Shown: positions 37,626 through 45,907 of the stretch, one piece after another | How the letters are laid out: every line of letters starts with the position of its first letter | Numbering within the stretch: the first letter of the stretch is position 1 | NCBI GenBank assembly: GCA_017427715.1 | Contig: JAFRSF010000026.1 | Location: 6-64,005 of the forward strand | Direction of reading: 5' to 3' | Source of the DNA: Alphaproteobacteria bacterium | Lineage (GTDB): Bacteria; Pseudomonadota; Alphaproteobacteria; Rs-D84 | DNA: 64,000 bases | The notes under the pieces: model-generated | What the model was told of the DNA's origin: nothing | Databases searched by the model: none | Seen by the model: the letters and a program-made list of their open reading frames with translations, nothing else | Position numbers and translations under genes: made by a program

Positions 37626-38408
37626 TTAAAGTTTGCGTATTCTTACGTAACCAGGTTGTCCTGCGACTGCGGTCATCGCATTTGTATTTGTGCGCCAACC
37701 AAAGTCACCAGATTTGCCGCGTGTTGTATCATCTGGCCAGTTATCATTTTCTCGGCCAACTCCGGTTCTTGCAGATGCTGTTGATGATGCCTGTGACGAC
37801 GTGCAAGCATTTGGATTGTTTATCAATGTCGATAACAATGCCGTTCCGCTTGCGGTATTGGTACCAATCACACCAACTGTTCGGGTACATCCGGTTGTTG
37901 ATGTTGCTCGTGTGCTTGCCGCTGTTCCGCCGCCTGCGGACAATGTCAAATTTGTGAATCCTGTTACTGTACTTGCTACCCCAGGGTTACCTGTTACAGT
38001 TCCGCCTGATGCACTTGAAAATGAACCTGTCTTTGTTGCACCGCCACTACCAACAACGATTGTTATCGTTGCTGCGGCTGTCAGTTTTGCAGTTATTTGT
38101 ATTGTTCCGCCAACTCCGCCTTGGGCATAGTGATATGTGCTGTTGGTTGTGCATTTTCGTCCAGATGCACCACCGCCGCCGCCAATCAATGTGATTTCAT
38201 ATGTGCCAGCAGATAATGCCTGCGTGTATGTTCCGGCTGTTGAATTTTCATATATCAACACTGGATCGCCTGTATAAAATACTCGTGCCAATCCGCCAAC
38301 GCCGATATATCCTTTCTTGACCTTGCGTGCATATCCACCAACGCCAACATATAATTTTGCTATCTTGCGTGCTAATGAACTTATTCCTATCAATGCATTT
38401 TTGCTCAT
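37626..38408 (-). CDS. Glycine-rich protein downstream of the tail fibre (distal fibre or receptor-binding candidate)
   Basis: It has an N-terminal duplicated ARKxxKxYxGVGGxAR, an IGGGGGASG run and Gly/Thr/Ser-rich beta-like repeats. Confidence 0.5.
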   Translation of the reverse strand: MSKNALIGISSLARKIAKLYVGVGGYARKVKKGYIGVGGLARVFYTGDPVLIYENSTAGTYTQALSAGTYEITLIGGGGGASGRKCTTNSTYHYAQGGVGGTIQITAKLTAAATITIVVGSGGATKTGSFSSASGGTVTGNPGVASTVTGFTNLTLSAGGGTAASTRATSTTGCTRTVGVIGTNTASGTALLSTLINNPNACTSSQASSTASARTGVGRENDNWPDDTTRGKSGDFGWRTNTNAMTAVAGQPGYVRIRKL

Positions 38409-38417
38409 TGTTTATCC

Positions 38418-39326
38418 TTATTCGTAAACCAATAAAATCTGGCCGTTTGCTAACGAACTCAATTCGCCCGGATCCGTTGCAGTGGCTTTTATGTTTCGCA
38501 CGTTGAATGCCGATGTCGGATCTGCTGTGGCAACCGATATCGTGTCATTTGTTTTTGCTGCCTTTGCCGCCAACGCATTTGTCATCGTTGTTGAAAAATT
38601 CGCATCATTGCCCAGCGCAGTCGCCAATTCTTTCAATGTATCCAATGCTGCCGGCGAAGAATCCACGATCGCTGCGATTGCTGCGGCAACAAATGCCGTT
38701 GTTGCAATTTGCGTTGAATTTGTGCCTGTGGCGGCCGTTGGTGCTGTGGGTGTGCCGGTTAATGCCGGCGATGCCAAATCCGCTTTGGCATCCAATTTTC
38801 CTTGTCCTGTATTGCTTAAATTGCTCAGATCCACATTTGCTTTGGCATCTAACTTGCCTTGTCCGGTGGGGGTCAAATTGCTTAAATCCGTATTGGCCGC
38901 GCCTTGCATAATTCCGTTGTTATATGTTACAACAACACTTGCCGCATTGCTGACCGCTAAAACCATCCTTATACCCAATTCTTTGACGGTTCCCTCGTTG
39001 GCCAATGGTTTATATGTCGCCGGATATTTTCCTACTGCGAACAGATCACCATCTGAATCAAAGATCCCAACTTCGCGTATCCAAAATCCGCCAACTGTGC
39101 TATCTATAACCGCCTCGGCTGCAAGATTATTTGGTGCTGCTGGATCAATTGTTACCGCGTTCAATGTGCATCTGTGCTGTTCGCTATGCAATGCCGTCAT
39201 ATCTGCTGTCGGGTCAAGTGTGCTGTTCCCGAATGCCATATGCGTTAATGTCAATGTTGCGCCTGTCGGCAATGCTGCCAATTTCGCCAAACCGGCATTG
39301 GTTATCAATGAAAAGAATTCTGACAT
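38418..39326 (-). CDS. Tail fibre protein (P2 gpH N-terminus-like)
   Basis: MSEFFSLITNAGLAKLA...FWIREVGIFDSDGDLFAVGKYP, plus an internal duplicated DLSNL(T/S)xTGQGKLDAKA. Confidence 0.8.
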   Translation of the reverse strand: MSEFFSLITNAGLAKLAALPTGATLTLTHMAFGNSTLDPTADMTALHSEQHRCTLNAVTIDPAAPNNLAAEAVIDSTVGGFWIREVGIFDSDGDLFAVGKYPATYKPLANEGTVKELGIRMVLAVSNAASVVVTYNNGIMQGAANTDLSNLTPTGQGKLDAKANVDLSNLSNTGQGKLDAKADLASPALTGTPTAPTAATGTNSTQIATTAFVAAAIAAIVDSSPAALDTLKELATALGNDANFSTTMTNALAAKAAKTNDTISVATADPTSAFNVRNIKATATDPGELSSLANGQILLVYE

Positions 39327-39330
39327 TGTT

Positions 39331-39876
39331 CTATCCTGGGTATATTGTTGTTGTTTCTAAATGGCCAAATGCCACGCCATATTTTGGTACTGGTTCTTGG
39401 TGTTCTATCTCTGGCAAGAAATATTCCAATTGCGATCGCAGATTTTTGGTCTGCACAATCGTTCTGTAAATTGTTTCGATGTCATCCAGGGATATATTCA
39501 CATCTCGGAATGTCGCAAATACTCGAAATGTGTATGGATCGCCATTGTATTCATACCATTCCGAAATGCGTATCTCGGATGCCATAAATGCCTCTAATGC
39601 TCGCCACAATGATCCAAGTGTTCCTTTGGTTTGATGCACTCGCATGCTTTCTCGAATAACTGTCCGTTTTGTATCAATGGACCAATCGTTATTCCAAACA
39701 TCCACCGACATCGACCATGCCAACCATGGCAAAAAATCCGCTTTGCATAATTCCGGATTGTTCAAATATCGCAACTGATCTTCATTCAAAGAAGAAAGCC
39801 GCAATGTTGTTGCGGCCTCTAAATCTTTTTGTAATTGCGTTGCGTTTGGTGGCAAAATGCTTTTAATCTGACTCAT
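39331..39876 (-). CDS. Tail protein I (P2 gpI-like)
   Basis: LPPNATQLQKDLE...FLPWLAWSMSVDVW. Confidence 0.8.
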   Translation of the reverse strand: MSQIKSILPPNATQLQKDLEAATTLRLSSLNEDQLRYLNNPELCKADFLPWLAWSMSVDVWNNDWSIDTKRTVIRESMRVHQTKGTLGSLWRALEAFMASEIRISEWYEYNGDPYTFRVFATFRDVNISLDDIETIYRTIVQTKNLRSQLEYFLPEIEHQEPVPKYGVAFGHLETTTIYPG

Positions 39877-40753
39877 CGGTTATTATAAATTCCAATTGTA
39901 TATCTGTACATGTTGGTGCTTGTTCTTTCGTTGTTTCAACATCCGTTGCCGGATCTGTCAAAATAACTTTTTGCACGCCCTCGGTATGCAATGCATCAAA
40001 GATTCCGGATCGTGCGATCATGTTTCCAATCGTTGTATTCTTGGCAATATATGCATCCAGCGCATCACGACATTCTTGTTCGGTTACTGCCACACTTGGA
40101 CTCAAATAAAGATATATCTGGGCGGTTATTTGATATTGAACCAATTCCGCGCCTTGAACTGTTACTTGATCCGTCAATGGCCGTCTGTCTTCGCTGCTAA
40201 GATATTCTTCGACCGTATCAATCAAATCCTGGCTTGGTGTTCCATCATCTTCTGTTGATAAAATTGTAACCAGAACTTCGCCTGCATCCGGGGATTTCAC
40301 GCTTGCTGATTTGACCCTTTGATCTGCGCTTAATGCATGAAACAAATATGCTTTTTCTGCACCGGCTGTTGTTATTGCCTCCATCGCCAATTGTGTCCGG
40401 TACCGCAAACGTTCATCTGTTTCCCCGGTTTGTCTGGTCAATCCATAAAAAGCTGCATGGTTATCCAAATCTGATCCGGTTGCATATGCCAGCATGCATG
40501 CTTTGGCGGCCTCGTTGATTTTGTTTCTAAGCAAGACCTCTCTGTATGCTGCGCATTCTAATGCGATTATCACTGGATCGCTTTCCACCAATGCATCATA
40601 TGTTGGATCTTTGGATTTGAAATCCACCAACAATTCTTCGAAGATATCTTCAAATGATAATGTTTCAATTATCGTTGGTGCCGGTAATTGCGACATATCA
40701 ATGTGATTTGGTGTCAATAAACTTTCAATATCTGTTTGGTTTGCTGTACTCAT
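39863..40753 (-). CDS. Baseplate protein J (P2 gpJ-like)
   Basis: Called from its position between W and I, its size, and the N-terminal pattern (LPAPTIIETLSFEDIF). Confidence 0.75.
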   Translation of the reverse strand: MSTANQTDIESLLTPNHIDMSQLPAPTIIETLSFEDIFEELLVDFKSKDPTYDALVESDPVIIALECAAYREVLLRNKINEAAKACMLAYATGSDLDNHAAFYGLTRQTGETDERLRYRTQLAMEAITTAGAEKAYLFHALSADQRVKSASVKSPDAGEVLVTILSTEDDGTPSQDLIDTVEEYLSSEDRRPLTDQVTVQGAELVQYQITAQIYLYLSPSVAVTEQECRDALDAYIAKNTTIGNMIARSGIFDALHTEGVQKVILTDPATDVETTKEQAPTCTDIQLEFIITDESD

Positions 40754-41088
40754 TGTATTTCAATTCCAGTTAGGGTTATGTCTTCGCCGGTTATCAAATA
40801 TTTGCCTGTAACATCTAAAATCAAATGTCCTTGGTCCATTGAAACAACCGACACATTGGTTACTTCGAATCTTGGTTCATAACTGAATAATGCCTCGACC
40901 ACATCCGCATAAATTTCCGCCATCAATTCGCCTGTTAATGGCGCATCCAATCGTTTGAACAATCGGCTGCCATAATCGCGCCGCATAATTCTTGATCCAA
41001 TCGGTGTTGATAAAATATTCGTTATGCTTTGGCGCAAATGTTCCATGTCGCTTATCGTGCGGCCTGTATTTATATTCATCCCTTGCAT
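40750..41088 (-). CDS. Baseplate protein W (gp25-like lysozyme-fold)
   Basis: LRQSITNILSTPIGSRIMRRDYGS. Confidence 0.8.
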   Translation of the reverse strand: MQGMNINTGRTISDMEHLRQSITNILSTPIGSRIMRRDYGSRLFKRLDAPLTGELMAEIYADVVEALFSYEPRFEVTNVSVVSMDQGHLILDVTGKYLITGEDITLTGIEIQ

Positions 41089-41090
41089 TT

Positions 41091-41591
41091 TTAACTCGGT
41101 TGTTCTGTTGTTGCTGTTGATGGTGTGTCGCCTGCGTTATATGAAAATTGGTGCGTATGTGTTGATAACTTTTTGCCTTTGCCCTCGACCTCGCCAGTGG
41201 CTGTAACTTTACCGGTGGTTGTTATATTTCCACTTGTTGAAATATTGCCTGTTGCTGTTACATTTCCTTTGTGATTCACATCAACATTAAATGTGATTTT
41301 GTTTGAATCATGTGCCGGTGGCGATTTTGTATTTTGATACAATGCCGGCAAAATCATTCCCATTCGCAGATCGCCATTCGGCGACAAAACAAGAACCTGT
41401 TCGCCGTTTCTCAATGGTATCCATGCGGATGTGCTGGGTGTCAACCAGGGCATATAATCTGTTGTTAAATTGCCAATTTTAACCTTGGCTTTTGCCTTTG
41501 TATAATCGACAGAAATCACTTTACCAATTCGGATTAAATTCCCGATACGACGGAATAATTCTGAAATATCTTTACCTTGTTCAATGCTCAT
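41091..41591 (-). CDS. Baseplate spike/assembly protein V
   Basis: LIRIGKVISVDYTKAKAKVKIG...WIPLRNGEQVLVLSPNGDL. Confidence 0.8.
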   Translation of the reverse strand: MSIEQGKDISELFRRIGNLIRIGKVISVDYTKAKAKVKIGNLTTDYMPWLTPSTSAWIPLRNGEQVLVLSPNGDLRMGMILPALYQNTKSPPAHDSNKITFNVDVNHKGNVTATGNISTSGNITTTGKVTATGEVEGKGKKLSTHTHQFSYNAGDTPSTATTEQPS

Positions 41592-42012
41592 TATTTGTTT
41601 CCGTTTGGTACGTTAATGTGAATGTTAATTTGATCGCGCCATATATTTTATTGCCGTCAATGCTCATATCTGTTTCGGTGCTTTTGAAACGCAAAACCGC
41701 ATTCATTCTGTTTGGCATTTCCCACCCATCGAATAACCGTTCAATCGTTTCGGCCATCGTATCTAATTTGTTATCCAAATCATCTTTGCCAATATCGATT
41801 GCCTCTATTGAAACATCCAAATCGCGAAACAAATTTCCAAATCCATCCGTATCCCATCTTTCTTTTTGGATCGTTTCGTTTGCTGTATAAACAAGTATCG
41901 CTGGCATGTCTTGTTCGAACAAAACTTTGGATCGTGATGTGAATACATTCACAAATTCTGTTCGCAAATGTTCTGCGATTTGTTCTCTGATGTCTTGTCT
42001 TGCGTGTGTCAT
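41581..42012 (-). CDS. Head-tail connector / tail completion protein (family uncertain)
   Basis: Called only from its position between the capsid and baseplate genes. Confidence 0.4.
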   Translation of the reverse strand: MTHARQDIREQIAEHLRTEFVNVFTSRSKVLFEQDMPAILVYTANETIQKERWDTDGFGNLFRDLDVSIEAIDIGKDDLDNKLDTMAETIERLFDGWEMPNRMNAVLRFKSTETDMSIDGNKIYGAIKLTFTLTYQTETNNEH

Positions 42013-42335
42013 TCTTCATGTAGAACCAGTTTTCTTGATCCGGGAATATGATGTTCAATATCAATGATTTGATATGTTACGCCCCAAATCTCAACGTAGT
42101 CGCCTTGCTTTGGTTTTGGATATGTGGTCGGAAAATCCACCAGCCGTACAAATAAAACTATCTTGGCCGATGATATGTCCGCGCCTGCATTTTTCAGTTC
42201 AATTTCCATGTAACTTTTATGGAAATCGCCTGTGATTTCGAACGGTGCAAATTGGGTATTCTTTGGGCGGTACGTTACCGGCCGCCCAAAGATATCCATG
42301 CTTGGTTTATTAACAAAATTGTCAAAGTCAAACAT
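42009..42335 (-). CDS. Head-tail adaptor protein (family uncertain)
   Basis: Called only from its position directly after the major capsid gene. Confidence 0.4.
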   Translation of the reverse strand: MFDFDNFVNKPSMDIFGRPVTYRPKNTQFAPFEITGDFHKSYMEIELKNAGADISSAKIVLFVRLVDFPTTYPKPKQGDYVEIWGVTYQIIDIEHHIPGSRKLVLHEE

Positions 42336-42338
42336 TGT

Positions 42339-43289
42339 TTACTCTGTTTTTGTTAAAGTCACTTGGCACGCTTGTTGCCAATATCCATAGCCGACATTGC
42401 GCCATGTGTCGACACCGTATTGGTGCGCATCATGATCGAATTCATATTCTGAACCCTCGGCTTTGGCTTTGATTTGAACCGCTGTTTCTTCTTGGCGGAT
42501 GAATGCTTTCACATCGCCATCTGCGCGGAAAACATAAATCTTGTTTCCGGTCAAACGTGGATTTGCCGCCACCCCGATATCAAGATCTGCAAAAACCTTG
42601 ACTGGGTTGCTTGCGCCACCGACAGACAATGGTGCTGCCAATGCTGCCTTGGCAACGAACCATAAATTCACTGGTACCATGACCAAGAATTTTGATGCGT
42701 TTTCGTTCATCGGTTCGCCTTGATCGTCTTTGAAACTGATGATCTGTTGGATGCCGGCCAAGATTGCTTCACGCAATGCTGCCTCTGTTGGGGCATCTGC
42801 CGTACCAACTTCGCCGTTCACTGCCGCAGTCGCCAAATTGAATTCAATTTTGTTCGATTGCGTTCCGGAACGACCCTCTTTGTGATCATCCGCAAAGAAC
42901 TTTTTGCCGTCATAGCATGGCAATGTTTCGCCATCGGCTATCAATTTGGACAATAACAATGCCCAATGGCTGTTTGTTCTTGTCGCCAATTCGCCAATGC
43001 GAACTTGGATTTGCCCGGTCTTATCGCGGCGCAAGTGTTTCAATGGGATATCCAGTGTCGCCTCGAAATGTTTATTTTCGATTGTGATACCATTGGATGT
43101 GAATCCTTTGGCATGGCGGCCACCGGCCCATTCACGCATAACCGGTGATTGACCGATCCATGCATATTCTTCTGTATCTTGATCCGATGTGAAGTAGTTT
43201 GAAATGGCGGTTATCCATTCCATTCCGCTGTTTTCGTTCAAGCGTTTATAAAATTGGCCTATGATGGCCCGAGACGATAATTTATTCAT
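42339..43289 (-). CDS. Major capsid protein (Mu gpT-like family)
   Basis: WIGQSPVMREWAGGRHAKGF is present, and it follows the protease and decoration genes. Confidence 0.7.
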   Translation of the reverse strand: MNKLSSRAIIGQFYKRLNENSGMEWITAISNYFTSDQDTEEYAWIGQSPVMREWAGGRHAKGFTSNGITIENKHFEATLDIPLKHLRRDKTGQIQVRIGELATRTNSHWALLLSKLIADGETLPCYDGKKFFADDHKEGRSGTQSNKIEFNLATAAVNGEVGTADAPTEAALREAILAGIQQIISFKDDQGEPMNENASKFLVMVPVNLWFVAKAALAAPLSVGGASNPVKVFADLDIGVAANPRLTGNKIYVFRADGDVKAFIRQEETAVQIKAKAEGSEYEFDHDAHQYGVDTWRNVGYGYWQQACQVTLTKTE

Positions 43290-43891
43290 TATTGACCCCC
43301 ATTTTGTTCAGTGTTGTCTTCTGGTGTTGTTTCGGTTCCCGATGTATCATCGCCACCACCTGGTGTGTCGGATCCGGCCGGTGTATCTGTTCCACTTGGT
43401 GTGTCGCCGCCTTGTGTTTCAGTGCCAGTAGGTGTTTCCGGTGTATTTGATGCCGGTGTTTCTTCGGTTGTCGTTTCCGCTGCGGTTTCTTTCACATAAA
43501 TGAAATCAAATGCAACAATCGCATGTGCCGCATCTTCTAAACGCAACACTTTGCCGAAATAATCGCCGTCTGATCCCAGCGCAAATGTATCGTCATCTGT
43601 TGCAACAACATCGCTGCCGATACTTGTCTGTGCCAAACTTGCGATTTCCAAACAGATTTTGCCGCGTGCTTTTACATCCACTTTTTTATCGCCGGCTTGA
43701 CCGTTGCTGTTATCGATTTCGTCCTTTGCAAAACCAACTATCTTGTCGCCAGCTTGGAATGGACGCGCATATCCGTCATTCAATCCCAACAACATTCCCT
43801 GGAAGATATGAACACCTGCCGCAACTGCGACTGTGTTTGTATCCGCCTGTGTTTCGAAATTTCTAATTACATTCTTTGTTATTTTGGCCAT
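43289..43891 (-). CDS. Head decoration / DUF2190-like protein with low-complexity T/E/P/G tail
   Basis: It occupies the lambda gpD slot. The C-terminal ~60 aa is composed of Thr/Glu/Pro/Gly repeats. Confidence 0.5.
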   Translation of the reverse strand: MAKITKNVIRNFETQADTNTVAVAAGVHIFQGMLLGLNDGYARPFQAGDKIVGFAKDEIDNSNGQAGDKKVDVKARGKICLEIASLAQTSIGSDVVATDDDTFALGSDGDYFGKVLRLEDAAHAIVAFDFIYVKETAAETTTEETPASNTPETPTGTETQGGDTPSGTDTPAGSDTPGGGDDTSGTETTPEDNTEQNGGQ

Positions 43892-43894
43892 GTC

Positions 43895-45160
43895 TTATTC
43901 CCCTTTGGTTTGGATTTTGATTTGACCGTTTTCCTGTGCAACGCAATATGCAATGAACGCATCTTTATCCCCATTGAATTCACTGCGGATTTCTGGGTTG
44001 TTGTTCCATTCATTTTTTGCACGTTCTTCCGGTGTTGCCCCTTTGTTTACTTTTGCCACTGGCTTTGTGCTTGGTGCAACCTGTGGCATAGAATTTGCGG
44101 CCTTTTTCAGACCGTTCAGATAATCGCCACCTTTGGCTTTTTCTGCTTTTACGATTTGTAATGCCAATTTTTCCGCTGTCATATTTGGATCGGCTTTCGC
44201 TTTGGCCAACAGATCTTCATGACCTGCAACCGCAACTTCATCCAATGCCAAAAGACGTTCGCGTTCTGCCTTTGCACCCTCGGCGCGGTAGGCAGCAATT
44301 TGGTCTTTTGTGATGGCTTTCGCATCCATGCTGTTTTCTCCTTTGGTTTTGGTTGATAAATTTTTGATGGTTGTTTCGTAATCCCCGATTTCATCGGCCA
44401 TGCCAGCATTTATTGCTGCCTCGCCGACAACCACACCGCCTTGGCCAAAATCGCTTTTGACCGTATCTGTTCCGACATTTCGATACGTGGCAACCGATTG
44501 AATAAATTCGGCCTCCAATGCATCCAATTCTGAACGGATTGTTGCCTCGCCCTCGGGTGTTCTCGGGTCCGGTCTTTTGTTCTTCGCATTCGAAGAAACA
44601 ATTTCTATTTGTTTATATCCATCTGCATCCGGTTGTTCTTGAACTGCCACACTGGATACAACGCCAATGCTGCCCAGCAATGCCGTCTTTTGTGCAACGA
44701 TGTTGCTTGCTGCTGATGCCAACCAATATGCTGCCGAACAACAATTGCGGCCAACATATGCCCATATTGGTTTCTTCTGTGTTGCTTTGCGAATTGTGTC
44801 CGCCATTTCTGATGGTCCAACCGCCACGCCCCCAGGGCTGTCGATATCCAGCAATATTGCATTGACCTCTGGATTATCCAATGCGGCTTGCAAATCTCGT
44901 GCCAGCAATTCCAATGCTGTGCCACCCATCAGAAACGTAAATACATCGGCACGTGGTGTGATAATTCCATGAATGGGGATAACTGCCACCCCATCGCGAA
45001 TTGTCGTTGTGTATGTATTTACCAATGGTTTTTGCGCAAATAAAGAAAGGCCCGATTGGACCTCCTTGAATGTTGCTGCGACCAATTGCATCGCACTAGG
45101 TTCTATTGCCCAATGCTTTGCGAATGTTTGAAATTCATTCTTCATCTTTATCTTCTTCAT
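43895..45160 (-). CDS. Head maturation protease (S49/ClpP-fold, lambda gpC-like) with scaffold-like C-terminus
   Basis: LLDIDSPGG...CSAAYWLAS. I chose the start at 45160 (MKKIKMK) because of its AAGGAAAGGA Shine-Dalgarno; the listed start at 45190 lies inside a terminator hairpin. Confidence 0.8.
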   Translation of the reverse strand: MKKIKMKNEFQTFAKHWAIEPSAMQLVAATFKEVQSGLSLFAQKPLVNTYTTTIRDGVAVIPIHGIITPRADVFTFLMGGTALELLARDLQAALDNPEVNAILLDIDSPGGVAVGPSEMADTIRKATQKKPIWAYVGRNCCSAAYWLASAASNIVAQKTALLGSIGVVSSVAVQEQPDADGYKQIEIVSSNAKNKRPDPRTPEGEATIRSELDALEAEFIQSVATYRNVGTDTVKSDFGQGGVVVGEAAINAGMADEIGDYETTIKNLSTKTKGENSMDAKAITKDQIAAYRAEGAKAERERLLALDEVAVAGHEDLLAKAKADPNMTAEKLALQIVKAEKAKGGDYLNGLKKAANSMPQVAPSTKPVAKVNKGATPEERAKNEWNNNPEIRSEFNGDKDAFIAYCVAQENGQIKIQTKGE

Positions 45161-45180
45161 GTCCTTTCCTTTTTTGGTGT

Positions 45181-45210
45181 ATAAAAACACCCCACCGTTT
45201 TGGTGGGGTG
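45181..45210 (-). terminator. Intrinsic terminator after the toxin-antitoxin cassette, inside the head operon
   Basis: The minus strand reads CACCCCACC-aaaa-GGTGGGGTG followed by TTTTTAT. Confidence 0.6.
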
Positions 45211-45228
45211 TGGTTTTCTAATAAAATT

Positions 45229-45531
45229 CTATAATACGTCTTCTATATTTTGTTCTGATCTGAAACAGTGTAAAATATGGACCTCATTACCGCGTATTGT
45301 ATACAGTATTCGAAATCCTTTCTTGAATACCAAATGTCTGATTTCATGGTCGCGAACAATTATAATAACTTGATGCCGTTCTGGAAATTCTTCCAAAGAA
45401 TGCATCTGTTCCAAAAGACCGTCATATATTTGATCCGCAATCAAAGGCGAATCTTTTGCGATATAAATAAATATATCACGCAAATCATTATATGCACGCT
45501 CTTCAACTATAACTGAATATTTTTTTGCCAT
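45229..45531 (-). CDS. Type II toxin, ParE/RelE family
   Basis: A 100-aa protein with the pattern YSVIV...AYNDLRDIFIYI...FPERH...RHLVFKKGFRILYTI, placed downstream of the antitoxin. Confidence 0.7.
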   Translation of the reverse strand: MAKKYSVIVEERAYNDLRDIFIYIAKDSPLIADQIYDGLLEQMHSLEEFPERHQVIIIVRDHEIRHLVFKKGFRILYTIRGNEVHILHCFRSEQNIEDVL

Positions 45532-45534
45532 TGT

Positions 45535-45837
45535 CTAACCTTGACGTTTTGTTGCAAGACGCATATCTTGTTTCAGCATTTTGAATGCGGCATCCAAAGG
45601 CATACCACGATTTTCTTCCATGCTTTTCAAACCATCTTCAATGCCACGCATCATAGATCCCATCTCTGCATCGCGTGCAATTCTGTGATATTCGTTTGCG
45701 TCCAGCACAACCACAGATGCTGCACCGTTGACAGTCAAGACAGCTGGCGATTTATCATCTTTTATGCGCTTTACAACATCTGCTGCATTGCGCTTAAAAT
45801 CTGTTAAAGAAATAATATTTTCAGGATTTGCTATCAT
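45535..45837 (-). CDS. Type II antitoxin, Phd/YefM family
   Basis: ISLTDFKRNAADVVKRIKDDKSPAVLTVNGAASVVVLDANEYH. It lies 3 nt upstream of the toxin gene. Confidence 0.7.
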   Translation of the reverse strand: MIANPENIISLTDFKRNAADVVKRIKDDKSPAVLTVNGAASVVVLDANEYHRIARDAEMGSMMRGIEDGLKSMEENRGMPLDAAFKMLKQDMRLATKRQG

Positions 45838-45907
45838 TTTTACCTCGCATCTAATTTGATGTTCAATTTAATGCTAACATTATACCATAAAAAAGTCCAG
45901 AAAAAAA

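Noticed and set aside
36388-37698. Longer N-terminal extensions offered by the ORF track (also 15385, 17364, 23723, 32681, 45190, 53825, 54168, 54063, 57364, 57634, 29962)
   Set aside because: The extensions overlap upstream genes, terminators or operator repeats, or start at GTG/TTG. In each case an internal ATG with a good Shine-Dalgarno gives the canonical family N-terminus.
29097-39326. The serine recombinase as a Gin/Cin-type invertase flipping the tail-fibre C-termini
   Set aside because: The recombinase is ~8.7 kb from the fibre genes, with the lysis genes and the rest of the tail module between them. No inverted duplicate fibre C-terminal segments or crossover repeats flank the fibre genes.
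37262-39360. Plus-strand ORFs of 231, 146 and 292 aa opposite the sheath, glycine-rich and tail-fibre genes
   Set aside because: They are low-complexity Ala/Val/Pro-rich translations typical of antisense frames of GC-richer phage genes. The minus-strand genes have strong family signatures.
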